DNA of 62,492 bases, the filler included, from Choristocarpus tenellus KU-1152 (taxonomy: Eukaryota > Protista > Phaeophyceae): the NCBI GenBank assembly GCA_964200185.2. It is 11 parts of 11 records of this genome, joined end to end, with 100 filler letters (N's around TTAATTAATTAA, not from the genome) between each part and the next. Parts side by side here need not be neighbours in the genome. Positions count along the whole stretch, not along the records: positions 21,926 to 27,836 come from CAXNAD020009442.1; positions 27,937 to 31,858 come from CAXNAD020017132.1; positions 31,959 to 36,292 come from CAXNAD020015069.1; positions 36,393 to 39,462 come from CAXNAD020022532.1; 7 more parts are not named here. One strand, 5' to 3'. A program made the translations under genes and the position numbers. The notes under the pieces were generated by a model. It was not told the DNA's origin, did not search any database, and saw only the letters and a list, made by a program, of their open reading frames with translations. Below are positions 26,000-39,114 of this stretch, piece by piece. Position 1 is the stretch's first letter, and each line of letters opens with the position of its first letter.

Positions 26000-27836
26000 A
26001 TAAGGAGCTGTTCCCCGAGATCCGTATTTCGCAGGAACCGAATGGAGTTGCTTGTTTAAGGCAGCACAGACAGCAGGCGAGGAGTTCCGGGTTAAAACAG
26101 GTTGAAGCATCGGTGCGAGGGTTGCCAGTACACTGTTGACAACCTCTTGGTGTGGCAGTGAGGTTGCCTTGATACCTCATCGTGCATGGACTTCCTGTTC
26201 TGGCAAGGTAGTCCTAGTTCCTGCCTAACGATCGCTGCTTCGGCTGAGCCAGCGAAAGGGTGTGACATGCTAGAAAACATAACGCGCATCTCCCATGGTA
26301 CCCAAACCATTGTGAGTCCTGTCCCTGTACATTGCAGTTTTTTTAGCATTTTGGTTGGCTAAAACAAATGCGCTTTGGTTGCTTCGATTGGATAATTCCT
26401 CTATTAAACTTTGAGTGTTACCCCAAGGATCTTACCGAGGCCATCATGCTTTTTTATTATAGTTTCCAACTAGATATGAGAAATTTCATTAGATTTGGCA
26501 ATCAAAAATACAAAGAAGAGAAAATGGGGAGATAGATACAACTTTCCGATAAAGTGGTGCCAGTAGCTTCGCCCTCTGTGGCTTTTCTCCTTGTTTTCAC
26601 CGTGTAGCCCCAACAGTAATATAGCAGTATATATCAAATGAAAGTGTATGACAGGAGCTTTTGAAGGTTTGTATCCCCGAATGCAGAGGCTTCGGGGAAA
26701 TTTTGAAGATTACAACTTCAAAATGGGTTTAAATGAAGTGGTTCACTGAACTCCCTGCAGAAACCCGGTATGGGGTAGGTCGCTGTCCAAGTTTGGGTGG
26801 TGGGGCTGTACTGAAAAAAAAGCAGACAAATACCCCAAGATTTCTAGACATTTTTTTATCAAGACATCTTTTCAACGCCTTTTGCAGACTTTCTGTGAGC
26901 ACACACACACGTGACATACACAGCAACATGAACCATGACGGTGAGACAAGGAGAGCCGTCGAGGCCACTCTGCGCCCTGGATCTACCCTCGGTACGTTTT
27001 TTCTATCGAGAGGGGTCGGAAAAACAATTGCCGTGTGAAACTCAGTGCTATGTTAGGTGAAGAGAAAGTGCGAGTAGTGTGGCGCAGCAGCATAATCAAA
27101 TCACGAAATGGATCACGGGGCCGCAACACTGACACTGAGAGAAGATGCACTGAAAGCATTACCGCACAAACGTGGTTTGATCTTCAACCGATGCGGAGCA
27201 CTGCTCTGCATTCTCTGCCACCTCGGGAAAACAGGAAGAGAGCGGCGAGTCCATCACCAGGTGGTACAGTGACCAAGTCTGTGGGGAATTCTGCTTACAG
27301 CAGGCGAAGGGAGAACTGGGGTGACCGGTCGAAGGGAAGGTTGAGGAAGAGAGCAGTGTGACTGCGTGCCATTGCACTCAGAAAACGCCTAAGTGAAAAC
27401 CCGGGTGTAGAATATTTTAGTAGTCGACAGTTGCAGCAGGCCCTGGCTATTTGGAAGCTGTGCGAGCCAGAGTGGCTTAAGGAAACGAGAAAGGTGTTAG
27501 GGTTGGGCTGCAAGGGCTCTGAAGCCCGAAAGAATGTCCAAAGGGCTCGCAAGGCGGAGGAGAAAGCGATCGTAACAAAGGCAGCTGTGGAGACCTTTCA
27601 ATACCACCAAATCCTTTACGTAGAAGAGGTCACGAAGCAGGTGGAGGTAGCCATTGACGACGACGCCAGGGAAGAAGAGTAGGAGGTGAGATTGAGACTA
27701 TTTGCACACTAATGCTTTGGTGTCTCCCACTTCTTGCAAGATGCCGTACATTCATGTTTGTTCCTGGACTTGGGGTTGGACGTCTAAAGTTGAGTAAGGC
27801 TTTCTCCCAGCCTGCATTCATTAGAGAAATCAACAC
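26000..27836 (-). pseudogene. Degenerate non-LTR (LINE) reverse transcriptase remnant
   Basis: Broken frames with ordered LINE-like motifs: PPGDG (SPGPDG), WPRRLSL (RPISL), GF..G.S, KQGE (RQGD), KILGV, MYRDRTHNGLG (LY...GGLG). Confidence 0.4.
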
Positions 27837-28233
27837 NNNNNNNNNNNNNNNNNNNNNNNNNNNNNNNNNNNNNNNNNNNNTTAATTAATTAANNNNNNNN
27901 NNNNNNNNNNNNNNNNNNNNNNNNNNNNNNNNNNNNCCCCCCAGATACTTTTCCTAGCCGTCAACTCAATCAACAGGACTGGGAAAACTACATTTTCGAT
28001 CTCCGGCAGCATATTTCACCTACCAATTAAGAAAAAAAAAAAATCTCCAATCTGAAACTTTGGAGAAAAATAGTACTGCCTCTGTTCAGAATGAAACATA
28101 ACATAACTCTTGCTGCCCCGATGAAGAAGCGATATATTTTTTCTCATATTCGTATTTTATGGGTGTATTGTGCAGACACTAAAAGGTTACCCACCAAAAT
28201 CTCAAAATTGGGCAACCTGTACCTATCTACGAT

Positions 28234-28477
28234 GAGCCGAAGTATCTTAGAAGGTAGGACCGAGTCCATTTGGGGAGAAACTTTATTGTTGCGATTTTGA
28301 TGTAATTTTGGCTATCGTGTTTGTTAGGAAGTGCCAGTATCCCTTGTTCCCGACACACCTTTTCATAACGAATAAATCTTACCTACTCCGAAATATTTAG
28401 GAGCAGGAAAATGTCATAATAAACCCAAGCCCCAAATGGACAAACAGGGCAAAACTCCATTTAAGATACTTTCACTC
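28234..28477 (-). mobile_element. MITE family A nested in the 3' region of a mariner element
   Basis: TIR-bounded; flanks CGAT/TGAT. The homologous empty site is visible near 61160. Confidence 0.85.
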
Positions 28478-28489
28478 TGATTCCACCCT

Positions 28490-29820
28490 GAGAGCACTCC
28501 AAGAATACATTCCACCATGATATTTCGCCACATCCAATGGGGCATTTGGGAGAGCTTACCCGCCTTCTCAGCCTTTTTCCTGCTAAGATGGGGAATTTTG
28601 AAGATATTGTCACCCTTAGGCCCCAGCACTTCATCGTGGACTGTGAAGAGGCTCTGCCACATGCGCTCTTAATATATTGCTTCCCAGGGGTACACATTGA
28701 AAACCTCCAATGTGGCATCCACCTCCTCCCTAATGGTCACCCCCATATCTTCCTTCAGTTATGGATGAAATGAAAGAATCACAGATCGCTAATGTGGATA
28801 TCAGGTGATTTGGCTGGCTGGGTCTCTCTGACAATGTTGTCCTCCGCCACCTCCTCAATTACCTCCATGATCCTCCCCTTGGTGCATAGCTTTGCCCCGT
28901 CCTGGTGCACGAAGATGGTGTATCCCTCCGGCCTAGGCATGTGGGCCTTGATTGCTGGAATGACATCTTTGGTCATGAGCTTCTTATACCTCTCCCCGTC
29001 CACCATAGCTGGCATATGCACCCTGGTGCCCTTGGGGCAGTGTTTGCTGGAGCACTGAGTGACCTTAGTGTCCACGATTGGTCAGATCCCAATTTTCCCA
29101 TTGAAACACACTCCACTGGAGAGCTTCCTAGGGTGGCCCATATCATCTTCGAAATTTAACACCTATCCTGTGCCCGTGGGCATTTGGGGGGTTCTGAGTG
29201 GGGTATGGGTATATGTACACACATTGCCCATCTTTGAGATGTCAGACCACTTCTTGTCTACATACACCCCATATAAATCATCCGCTATGTCCCACTTTCC
29301 CCCCTCCTGTGCGTGTGGCTGTTGACGAACCCACCCTGGTTGACCTGCTGGACTGAAAGGACTGCATCAATCCTCCACTTGACCTTCAACTTCTTGAGCT
29401 TGCACAGACCCCACAACAAGGAAAGGGAGATCCTGGCTTTGGCCGCCCATTTGCTTAAGGATGTGTAGTATACCAATGGAACATCTCAGACGTCAAGGAC
29501 ACCTGTACGGCAACAACGTCACCCCTTGCAACGTCGTACAATGTCTGTGTTCACCCCAATCGATCTGGCTGCCATACTCCTTTAGATGACGGAACGAGCA
29601 CGGTGACTTGGGAAATTCCGAAGTCCCCCATAATGGGTGCCGCCTTCCCAAGTCTCTTGCCCCCTTTCCTCCAAGCATCGCGACACCGCGCTGTTCTTGG
29701 TCGAGGTATTTGAGTCATGACTTCGGAGAGACTCCTGGACCGAAGAATTGGGACCAACGGGCGACGATGGGATGAGTGAGCCACCCAAACGATGGGGGAG
29801 CTTCGTCCTAGGCATCCCAA
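28490..29820 (-). pseudogene. Tc1/mariner transposase pseudogene (plant/oomycete mariner-like)
   Basis: Frameshifted fragments VIPAIKAHMP...IFVHQDGAK...QPAKSPDIHISDL and EVLGPKGDNIFKIPHLSRKKAEKAGKL are characteristic of this mariner group. D-to-D spacing is 37 aa in this copy. Confidence 0.85.
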
Positions 29821-31958
29821 AACAGGTACGATAATGGAGTTCTCCCCCCATAATGAGATCTCTGCTAAAATCCTCCTATACCCGTCCTCACTCTCATGTT
29901 GGTATGTGTAACGCGCCTTGTCTACTCTCCAAGTTACTCACCCGTTTCCACCCGATTTTCCTCAAATTTGTACCAGGTTTACCCCAATTAATTCTAATTG
30001 GAAGAATAATACAATCCTTTCGTTCCACCACACACCAAACATGTTTCAAGTTCTCATTCTCATCTCTACACAACATCGGAACGTTCTACCGTAACCATTT
30101 CCTCTTTTAGGAACATTCTCTCAGTCACAGTAGCCCTCAGAAATCAGACCATCACCAAGCAAGATCCAAACCAAGTAGCATGAGGATGAGAATTTCGAAA
30201 ACTATGGTGTTTGGTGGGCTGAAAGGACTGTTGTTCGTCCAATCAAAGAACTTATAGTCGGCGAAAAGGGGTACATATTTGAGTGAAAAAGGGATAGAAA
30301 CGGGCGAGCTACCAGCAACCAAGAGATTACTCTAGGCGTGTTGTACCAACGAAGGGCGAAAATGGGTATATTAGACTATTTGAGATGAGCTTTCATTACA
30401 GAGAGCCCCATTATCCAACTTGTTTTTCAGTATACTCGTTTTTTGCGCCAAATGGCAAAGGAATTCCCGTTCTTGTCCTTTGCCCTGATCGGAATATCGC
30501 TAGAACTATCGTAATTCTTGTGCTCAAATCGACCTATTTGTAAAATATATGTATGCAGCGAAAACTGAGAGCAAGGGCAATCTTGTGGAAATTTCCACGG
30601 TTTTCCACTTGCCCAGCAAATAATAATGGTTCCACCTGCAAGCCATACCGGTCCCAAAATTTTCGATGATGTCCAGACCATGTCCAACAGGTATTGTACC
30701 AGTCTATGTGTGCCTGCCACGACAGCTCTAACATTCTTGAAACATGCTTGATGATGTCCAGCACATGTTGCACGAATCACATTCTTTGAACCACCTTTCT
30801 ACTTTTTAAACCATGACTTTGTGCCCGTCAATCCAGAGTGTGATGAAAAAAACCCCAACTTGGACTGCCTTTCTACCTCTTCAACCATGACTCTGGTATC
30901 CCTCAAACTAATGTGATCAAATAATAATAGTAAACCACAACTCCATGGGTAGAATGCACGTATGGTGGAAGTTCAATATGTTAATAGATAGTATTTCCAA
31001 TAATCAGTGGACACTCCTTATTCAAATAAATAAATATATATATATATATATACGATGCGTTGTAGATCAGTTACTGTTCAAGTAGAAATTTCAAGATGAG
31101 TATTCCGATTCAAATAATAGACTTGATATTTGATGGGTTAGGAGAGGATTGGTGGATTCGTGATATTCTTCCTTTCATTTTCATACACTTTCATTGTCAA
31201 TATAGGATCTTTTTTTATGTTTCCTAGTCTATTGCTTCACATACGCACTAAAACTAGTGTATATATAAAACGATTCGCCAACAAGAATTTATGAAACTAT
31301 CATGCACAAAGACTTACAAACTAGTAGTCTCACATGAAACTTTTGTAAGATCACTCGATACATGAGTATTTACGGCGAAGTGAGTCTTGCTTACTCATGA
31401 ATAGATTATCCAGACGCGCGAGCAGGTATTGTCTGTGCGCACGTTTTTCACGCTCGCACTTGGCTCAAATATACCAGAAAAGAACCAATACGAGTTCTAT
31501 ATAGACCAGAAAAAAGAACAGAGGTGAGGGAGGGGTCCCGCACATTAGAAGACTTTTTAATGTGTGGTACGTCGAACATTTATCATCTTAGCTCATACGC
31601 ATAATACGTAGTAGGTTTTGTAGAGTATCGCAGGTTCTGAACGTCTGCCGTATCTAGGGGTGATACGCCCATAACTTCTACGATCCCTTGGTGAACATTC
31701 AGGAGTCTGCGACATCACAACGGTAACAGCGGCAACAACAACAGTTGTAATATCATACCAATACGAACTCCAAAATAATACCCATACCATCCATGTCTGT
31801 TGGATTCTTGGGATGCTTCCTTAGCTCCCCCCCCGGGGGCACAGGAGTAGGTAGATGGNNNNNNNNNNNNNNNNNNNNNNNNNNNNNNNNNNNNNNNNNN
31901 NNTTAATTAATTAANNNNNNNNNNNNNNNNNNNNNNNNNNNNNNNNNNNNNNNNNNNN

Positions 31959-31995
<37 letters not shown>

Positions 31996-32519
31996 CGGGT
32001 GTGGGGGGGAGGGGATGTAGAAGGCAATGGTGTATTTAGACCGGTGGAGGTGTATCTAATAACTCTACTGATACTGAAGTTACAACTAAGTTTCTTTTTA
32101 CTTTGCCAATTCGAATAATTTAAATTTAAATTTAAATTTGAATATTTTTAATCGCTTCCATCGAGGAGAAAAAGAGAACAGATAACGCCGAAGGGAAATA
32201 AAGGGATAAAAAAATAAATATATATATTTCAAGAATTGAAAGGTTGACCCTCTAATCCTAACTTTTTTAATTAACCCACGAATAAAATCTTTTTTTATTT
32301 ACAATGCAAAAGCTGTTGGTAATAATAAACAGATACCGATCTGATCTATTACTACTAATAATAAAAAAAAAAACACTGTACACAACTCTCAATAGCTATC
32401 TACATTTTGGGTAGTAAAGGGGTATCCATTTTGAAGGTGATGGAATAGTAGTTACTCATTCTTCCGACTCTCTCTCTCTCTAAATAAATAAATAAATAAA
32501 TAAATCCATTGACACATAT

Positions 32520-32880
32520 TCTCTAAAATATAATATATATACAATATGGAACACTTTTACCAACAGTCTTTCAAATTACTACAATAATAATAACAGTAAC
32601 AAGTTCTAAAATACCATACCTCAAAGCATAACAGACAAAAGATGATGTAACCCATCAGGACGTTAGGCACTAAAGACAACATGCATGCTGCTTTTTATAT
32701 TCTTATAATATTACTATATACAATATGGAACAGTTTCACACAACATTCTTTCAAATTACAATAATAATAATAATAATAATGATAATAACAAATTATAAAA
32801 TACCATAACTGAAAGCATAACAGACTGAAGATGATGTAACCCATCAATAATAAAAATAATAATAACAATAACATGCACAC
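32520..32880 (+). repeat. ~180-bp diverged direct duplication
   Basis: TATACAATATGGAACA...GATGATGTAACCCATCA occurs twice. Confidence 0.7.
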
Positions 32881-32944
32881 TTCTTAATGCTAACAAGCAT
32901 CAAAACAATATTCACCATTTAATACACCTACATCATCATACATA

Positions 32945-32985
<41 letters not shown>

Positions 32986-33820
32986 AGTATGTATATGTAT
33001 AGTACACACCTACATACCTACATACATAAAATACATCATACATACAAAACATGTATGTGAGGATGTATATATATAGTACACACCTACATAACTACATACA
33101 TAAGCACTTCCTTCAGAGCACAAATGGATAGAAGGGAACACTTCAAAAAATAAGAACTGTTTGGCAAGGTGAAAAACACTAAGGTAAAAAAATAAGAATC
33201 TCCGCAAGGAACAAAAAATACTGTTCCTATTTTATTATTTTTTAATTAAAAAATAGCACTTTTTCAAGGGAATTCTCAGTTAAGATTAAAAAATATTCAA
33301 GGAGCGCTGAACTCTATTGCACTTGTAGCAATGTTTCTAGAACCCACTGGTGGAACAACAAAACAAGAACAATAATTATTATTATTCTCAAAAAACAGTT
33401 ACAATACTTATTTTAAAAAAACTTCAAAATGTTTCAAACAACATCTAAATAATACTTTCACATTTGCAGTAATCCTCGCCATAACATGACTAACCCTAAC
33501 CCTAACCCTAACCCTAACCCATAATTTCAGCCAAATAAGATATAATTATGTTTGTTACTGCTGCTTTGATGAAACCAAGAGGATGAATCTGATCCGTGTT
33601 TTTAATGGTACATATATACACGTATATATGTACCTATGTGTGTCTGTGATATTGATCATTATGTGATTATTGTATATGTTATCGCTCTAAGTAGCACCAG
33701 TAAGAATGACACACATACTATACCAAGGGGTAATATGTGCATATATATATATATGTATATATATGTATATATTATATTTTATACTTGCATACTCCAGGTA
33801 TAATTTTCATCTTTGTGAGT

Positions 33821-34086
33821 GGGCTAAAGTATCAAAGATAAAAAGAGATTTGCTCTGTTTGTCTAATGTCCATTTGGGGCTTGCCTTCCCACAGGTTGTT
33901 TATGACTTTTTACCTACTACAAAATGTTTCAAAGTAGGTATAATGTATATATTATGAAAAGGTGTGTCTTGAACAAGGATATTGACAATTCCTGACAAAC
34001 ACGATAGCCAAAATTACATCAAAATCGCAACATTGGATTTTGGTTCCCAAACGGACGCGGCTCTACCCTCTAAGATAATTTGAATC
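33821..34086 (+). mobile_element. MITE family A, diverged
   Basis: Internal sequence matches the family; ends degenerate; no clear TSD. Confidence 0.75.
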
Positions 34087-34149
34087 TTCATACAAACAAA
34101 TAAAAAATGTATGAAGTTTGACACAATTCAAAACGCCTGGTACATGCCG

Positions 34150-34335
34150 TGTAATTGGACAGATATATTGGAAACATTATTGTAATTGGACGCGTCCATT
34201 GGACATATTAATGTGATTGGACAGATATATTGGGCACATTATTGTGATTGGACAGATATATTGGAAACATTAATGTGATTGGAGAGATATATTGGACACA
34301 TTAATGTGATTGGACACACATATTGGACACATTAA
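34150..34335 (+). repeat. 31-bp minisatellite, ~6 copies
   Basis: AATGTGATTGGACAGATATATTGGAAACATT repeated. Confidence 0.85.
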
Positions 34336-34488
34336 TCGTGCGTGCTTATTTTGAGCAGATGGGGGTATGTCCAATACTGAGCAAGAGGGGTGTTGCATAA
34401 TAGATTACTTTTTTAATTTTTTTTTTTTAATGGCATACGGTGCTGTTCGTTTAAGTAAAAAAAAACAAAAACTCACCAATAATGAAAC

Positions 34489-34546
34489 CTCCAGGTTCTG
34501 CCTGACATTGAACTCTCTGGGATCACCTTTAACCTGTACCGCATAC
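34489..34546 (-). CDS. Possible isolated 58-nt exon (YAVQVKGDPREFNVRQNLE)
   Basis: GC-richer island in AT-rich repeat DNA, bounded by tgcag| and |gt and open in one frame. Confidence 0.25.
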
Positions 34547-34569
34547 CTGCATCATTGTAATCATTAAAG

Positions 34570-35120
34570 TGATTGTGACTGTAGTCAATGTTATTAAATA
34601 GTCATTATAAAAGTAACAATTGTTGCAGTTGGTATCGTAAAGTAGTCGTCAAAGTAGTCGTGACTGTATTCAGTATTATAAAGTAGTCGTGACTGTAGTC
34701 AGTATTATAAAGTAGTCATTATAAAAGTAACAATTGTTGCAGTTGGTATCGTAAAGTAGTCGTCAAAGTAGTCGTGACTGTATTCAGTATTATAAAGTAG
34801 TCATTGAAGTAACCATAACTGTAGTCAGTTTTACAAAGTAGGCATTGTTAAAAGTAATTATTGTTGGTAAGCAATATTATAAAATAGTCAATTGAAGTAA
34901 TCATTGTAGTAATCAATATTATAAATAGTCAATTGAAGTAATCATTGTAGTAATCCATATTATAAAATAGTCAATTGAAGTAATCATTGTAGTAATCCAT
35001 ATTATAAAATAGTCAATTAAAGTAATCATTGTAGTAATCCATATTATAAAATAGTCAATTGAAGTAATCATTCAAGTAATCAACATTATAAAATAGTCAA
35101 TTGAAGCAATCATTGTAGTA
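34570..35120 (+). repeat. Compound AT-rich minisatellite (AAAGTAGTC-based units grading into ~41-bp units)
   Basis: Repeated TATAAAGTAGTC and ATATTATAAAATAGTCAATTGAAGTAATCATTGTAGTAATCC. Confidence 0.8.
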
Positions 35121-35899
35121 AACAGGAGAAAATAACATTATGACAGATGCATTACAAACCAAGACTATTTGTTACACAGACTACACCAACTATATAAACC
35201 CACAGCAACAGTCAGTAGCTAAGTTACTTGCATTTACTAATAAGCCAGAGGGCTATCGTAAAGAATATATAGGTTGGAAACATATATTACGGGCAGATGC
35301 TGCGGCAAAATATATATATATATATATAATATATATGTATGTATGTAACATCGTTTTTAATGTCAAAAAAATATAATATAATTTTTTGCAGATTGCGTAA
35401 TCTTCAAAGATAAAACAGAATATAAGTCTGATCATGTAATTCTAGACAAGAATAGTTTTTGAATTTCACAAATATTAATACAATATCGGGGGTTTTTGTC
35501 AAAAAATATAATATTTTGTTAATGTCAAAAATATTAAAATAACATCGTTTTTGATGTCAAAAAAATAAATATCATTTTTTTGAATTTCAAAAATAATGAA
35601 CCATTTTTATTGTCAAAAAAACATAATATAACATTTTTTTAATGTCCAGAGTGAAACGCACGCGATTGTACCAATGTTAAAATTTAATCTTATTACAGCA
35701 AGAGCACTTGATTTGTGTTTTTCGGCATATAGGTGTGACAATAAAGTTAAATTTAACATCACAGGCAAGAAATCAGTACAGTATTCCCAACAAATTAAGA
35801 AAGAAAAATAATTCACACACATACACACACACGCGCGCGCGCAACAAGCATCCCAACCAACTCACTGGAAAACTCAATGAAATAGAAAAAAAAAAATAG

Positions 35900-36035
35900 A
35901 AGCAAACCTCTCACTCTATTCTCAAACCCCTTGCATTCTAATCTCAAACCCCTCTCACTCTAATCTCAAACCCCTTGCATTCTAATCTCAAACCCCTTGC
36001 ACTCCAATCTCAAACCTCTCTCACTTCAATCTCTT
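35900..36035 (+). repeat. ~21-bp minisatellite
   Basis: TCTAATCTCAAACCCCTTGCA-like units. Confidence 0.7.
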
Positions 36036-37168
36036 GTGCTCCTGGACACTCCTCTCATAATCCTCTAAGTGATGTGTCAAGTTCTTTGCATACACCTTTT
36101 GTTCAGTGGTGTAAATGACGTAAGACCATTTTGACACAACACAAGACCATAAATATTTAAAAATGGCATTTCAGTTCACCAAACAGTCATAAACATCCAA
36201 TACACACAAAACACACCACAGGAGGTGCCCCCAGCATCAAGCAAAAAGCATAAACATGATTGGACGAAGTGGACAAAAAGCACGGGGGGGGGNNNNNNNN
36301 NNNNNNNNNNNNNNNNNNNNNNNNNNNNNNNNNNNNTTAATTAATTAANNNNNNNNNNNNNNNNNNNNNNNNNNNNNNNNNNNNNNNNNNNNGTGTGACG
36401 GGGATCGGTAAATAACAGGTGCGCGTGGTATGTACTGAAGAGAATGAATTGAAATGAGGACTGAGGGATGGGAGGTGCTGCTTTATTTCATCTGGTCATT
36501 CGGTCCTCAAAACTCAGATTTGTCTTTCCCTTGACAATTGTGTTACAAAAAATACGAATATCGAACAGCATACGATTTCATATTGGAAAGAGACAGAGAG
36601 TAACAGTTTTTTTTGTGACCTTTTCGTTTCGTACCTTTCAAACGTATTGGATCAATGAAGGATATGGTTTGTAATTGTATTGTTGATGTAAAGATTAGAA
36701 TATTATTAATATTTCGTAAAAACCCTAACGCACGTGTTTTGGGTGTTCAACGGTAAACGGGATCAGATCGAATCTTTAATACCATAGATCCGCTTTTTTG
36801 TGGTCTGTAGTATTTTTAAGAATACTAAAGTCGCCAAGAAGCGGATTCAGTATTTAAATAAATTGTGGGTACCAGTTGGAAATGTCCTTTTAGTTTCTGA
36901 AAATTGGAAACGTGTGAGGCCCATGAAGTGCGTCTTTGGTATTTTCAAAAATTGTAAGAACGGTTATTACTGGATTTACTATTTCTAAAAATCCTAATAC
37001 ACGTGTTTAGGGTGTTCACGAGTAAAACGGATCCGATCGAATCCGTTTTACTCAAAGAACTACCTTGTGTCGCCTCTACAATTTACAAGAATCCAAATGT
37101 CCAATTTGGTAAGATTTGTACTTCAAAAATGTAGAGAGTGCTAGTTGTTTTTTGACGTTTTGGTTACT

Positions 37169-38555
37169 GAACATTGGAAACATACAAGATCAATGAAGTA
37201 TGTGCTTTGTATTTTAAACAATTTGTAAGTACGGATATAATCGGATTTACAACTTCCAAAACGTGTAACGCACGGATTTTCAGGATCGTGGATCTCAGGG
37301 TGGTCCCACGGATAGCCCAGAGCTCAAACAAAGTTCGTGTCGGAACGTTGGAAACGTACAAGATCAATGAAGTATGTGCTTTGTATTAAACAATTTGTAA
37401 GTACGGATATAATCGGATTTACAACTTCCAAAAAACGTTATACACGGATTTTCAGGATCATGGATCTCAGGGTGGTCCCACGGATAGCCCAGAGCTCAAA
37501 CAAAGTTCGTTTCGGAACGTTGGAAACGTACAAGATCAATGAAGTATGTGCTTTGTATTTTTAAGCAATTTGTAAGTACCGATATAATCGGATTTACAAC
37601 TTCCTAAAAACGTTATACACGGACTTTCAGGATCATGGATCTCAGGGTGGTCCCACCGATCACCCGAGGCTCAAACAAAGTTCGTGTCGGAACGTTGGAA
37701 ACGTACAAGATCAATGAAGTATGTGCTTTGTATTTTTAAGCAATTTGTAAGTACCGATATAATCGGATTGACAACTTCCAAAAAACGTTATACACGGATT
37801 TCCAGGATCATGGATCTCAGGGTGATCCCACGGATAGCCTGGAGCTCAAACAAAGTTCGTTTCGGAACATTGGAAGCGTACAAGATCAATGAAGTATGTG
37901 CTTTGTATCTTAAACAATTTGTAAGTACGGATATAATCGGATTTACAACTTCCAAAACGTGTAACGCACGGATTTTCAGGATCATGGATCTCAGGGTGGT
38001 CCCACCGATCATCCGAGGCTCAAATAAAGTTGGTTTTGAAACATTGGAAACGTACAATATCAATGAAGTATGTGCTTTGTATTTTTTTTTAATTGTAAGT
38101 ACGGATATAATCGGATTTACAACTTCCAAAAAACGTTATACACGGATTTTCAGGATCATGGATCTCAGGGTGGTCCCACGGATAGCCCAGAGCTCAAACA
38201 AAGTTCGTTTCGGAACATTGGAAACGTACAAGATCAATTAGGTATGTGCTTTGTATTTTTAAGCAATTTGTAAGTACGGATACAATCGGATTTACAACCT
38301 TCTAAAAATATTATACACGGATTTTCAGGATCATGGATCTCAGGGTGGTCCCACGGATAGCCCAGAGCTCAAACAAAGTTCATTTCGGAACGTTGGAAAC
38401 GTACAAGATCAATGAAGTATGTGATTTGTATTTTAAGCAATTTGTAAGTACCGATATAATCGGATTTATAACTTCCTAAAAACGTAATACACAGATTTTC
38501 AGGATCATGGATCTCAGGGTGGTCCCACAGATAGCCCGGAGCTCAAACAAAGTTC
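37169..38555 (+). repeat. ~174-bp tandem repeat, 8 units
   Basis: Unit GAACGTTGGAAACGTACAAGATCAATGAAG...GAGCTCAAACAAAGTTCGTTTCG starts at ~37169, 37343, 37515, 37690, 37865, 38038, 38213 and 38387. Diverged longer relatives lie at ~36640-37160. Confidence 0.95.
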
Positions 38556-38628
38556 ATATGCCCTCCTTTGAATCTAATCACTCCTAGACCTTCTCACTGC
38601 CCAAGACCGCCTATTTCCCGAAAACACC

Positions 38629-39114
38629 ATGACAGTTGCTTCGACAGCAAGGGGGTGGCTTTTGTTGCCTGCGTCTCCCCCTGTGTTGCCCCCTCACCAG
38701 CCCGCCAACAATGATGCGCTGGAGCTTTCTACCAATGACGCTTCGGCGACCGGTGCCAAGCTTTGCCGAGGATGGGCTGAACCCATCCCGGTCAACGAAC
38801 AGGGTGACTGCTGCAAGTGCTTAGCCTGTGTGAAGAAGTTCGCGGTAGATAGCGAGCCCTTTCTTGCACGCACGTTGGCCAAAGAGCAGGACATCATCCG
38901 GACGTGTGAGAACCGCCGCGATCGCAAGCACTTCGTTGGCGACTGTGTACCTGTGATAAAATTGGGACCTGGAGGCGGATCTATGCTCGCGGCCGGCATT
39001 CCCGTCTGTACGCAGTTTTTCAAGACATCATTCGGAATATCCAATCATGTCGTCGACGCTTGTAAAGGCACACCTAACGCAAGAGCATCCACCGGCGTGG
39101 AGAGGTGGGTTTGA
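38629..39114 (+). CDS. Putative N-terminal exon of a Sola-type DNA transposase (Cys-rich)
   Basis: GC-rich 161-aa ORF with CCKCLAC and VCTQFFKTSFGIS, resembling the CC..C / VC..FF..T(L/F)GIS N-terminal motif of Sola-like transposases. Probable donor AG|gtgggt near 39104. The catalytic part is not on the contig. Confidence 0.45.
   Translation: MTVASTARGWLLLPASPPVLPPHQPANNDALELSTNDASATGAKLCRGWAEPIPVNEQGDCCKCLACVKKFAVDSEPFLARTLAKEQDIIRTCENRRDRKHFVGDCVPVIKLGPGGGSMLAAGIPVCTQFFKTSFGISNHVVDACKGTPNARASTGVERWV

Noticed and set aside
37164-38273. Repetitive ORFs (METYKINEVCAL...) as a repeat protein
   Set aside because: Units differ by 1-2-bp indels that shift the frame; this is a non-coding tandem array.
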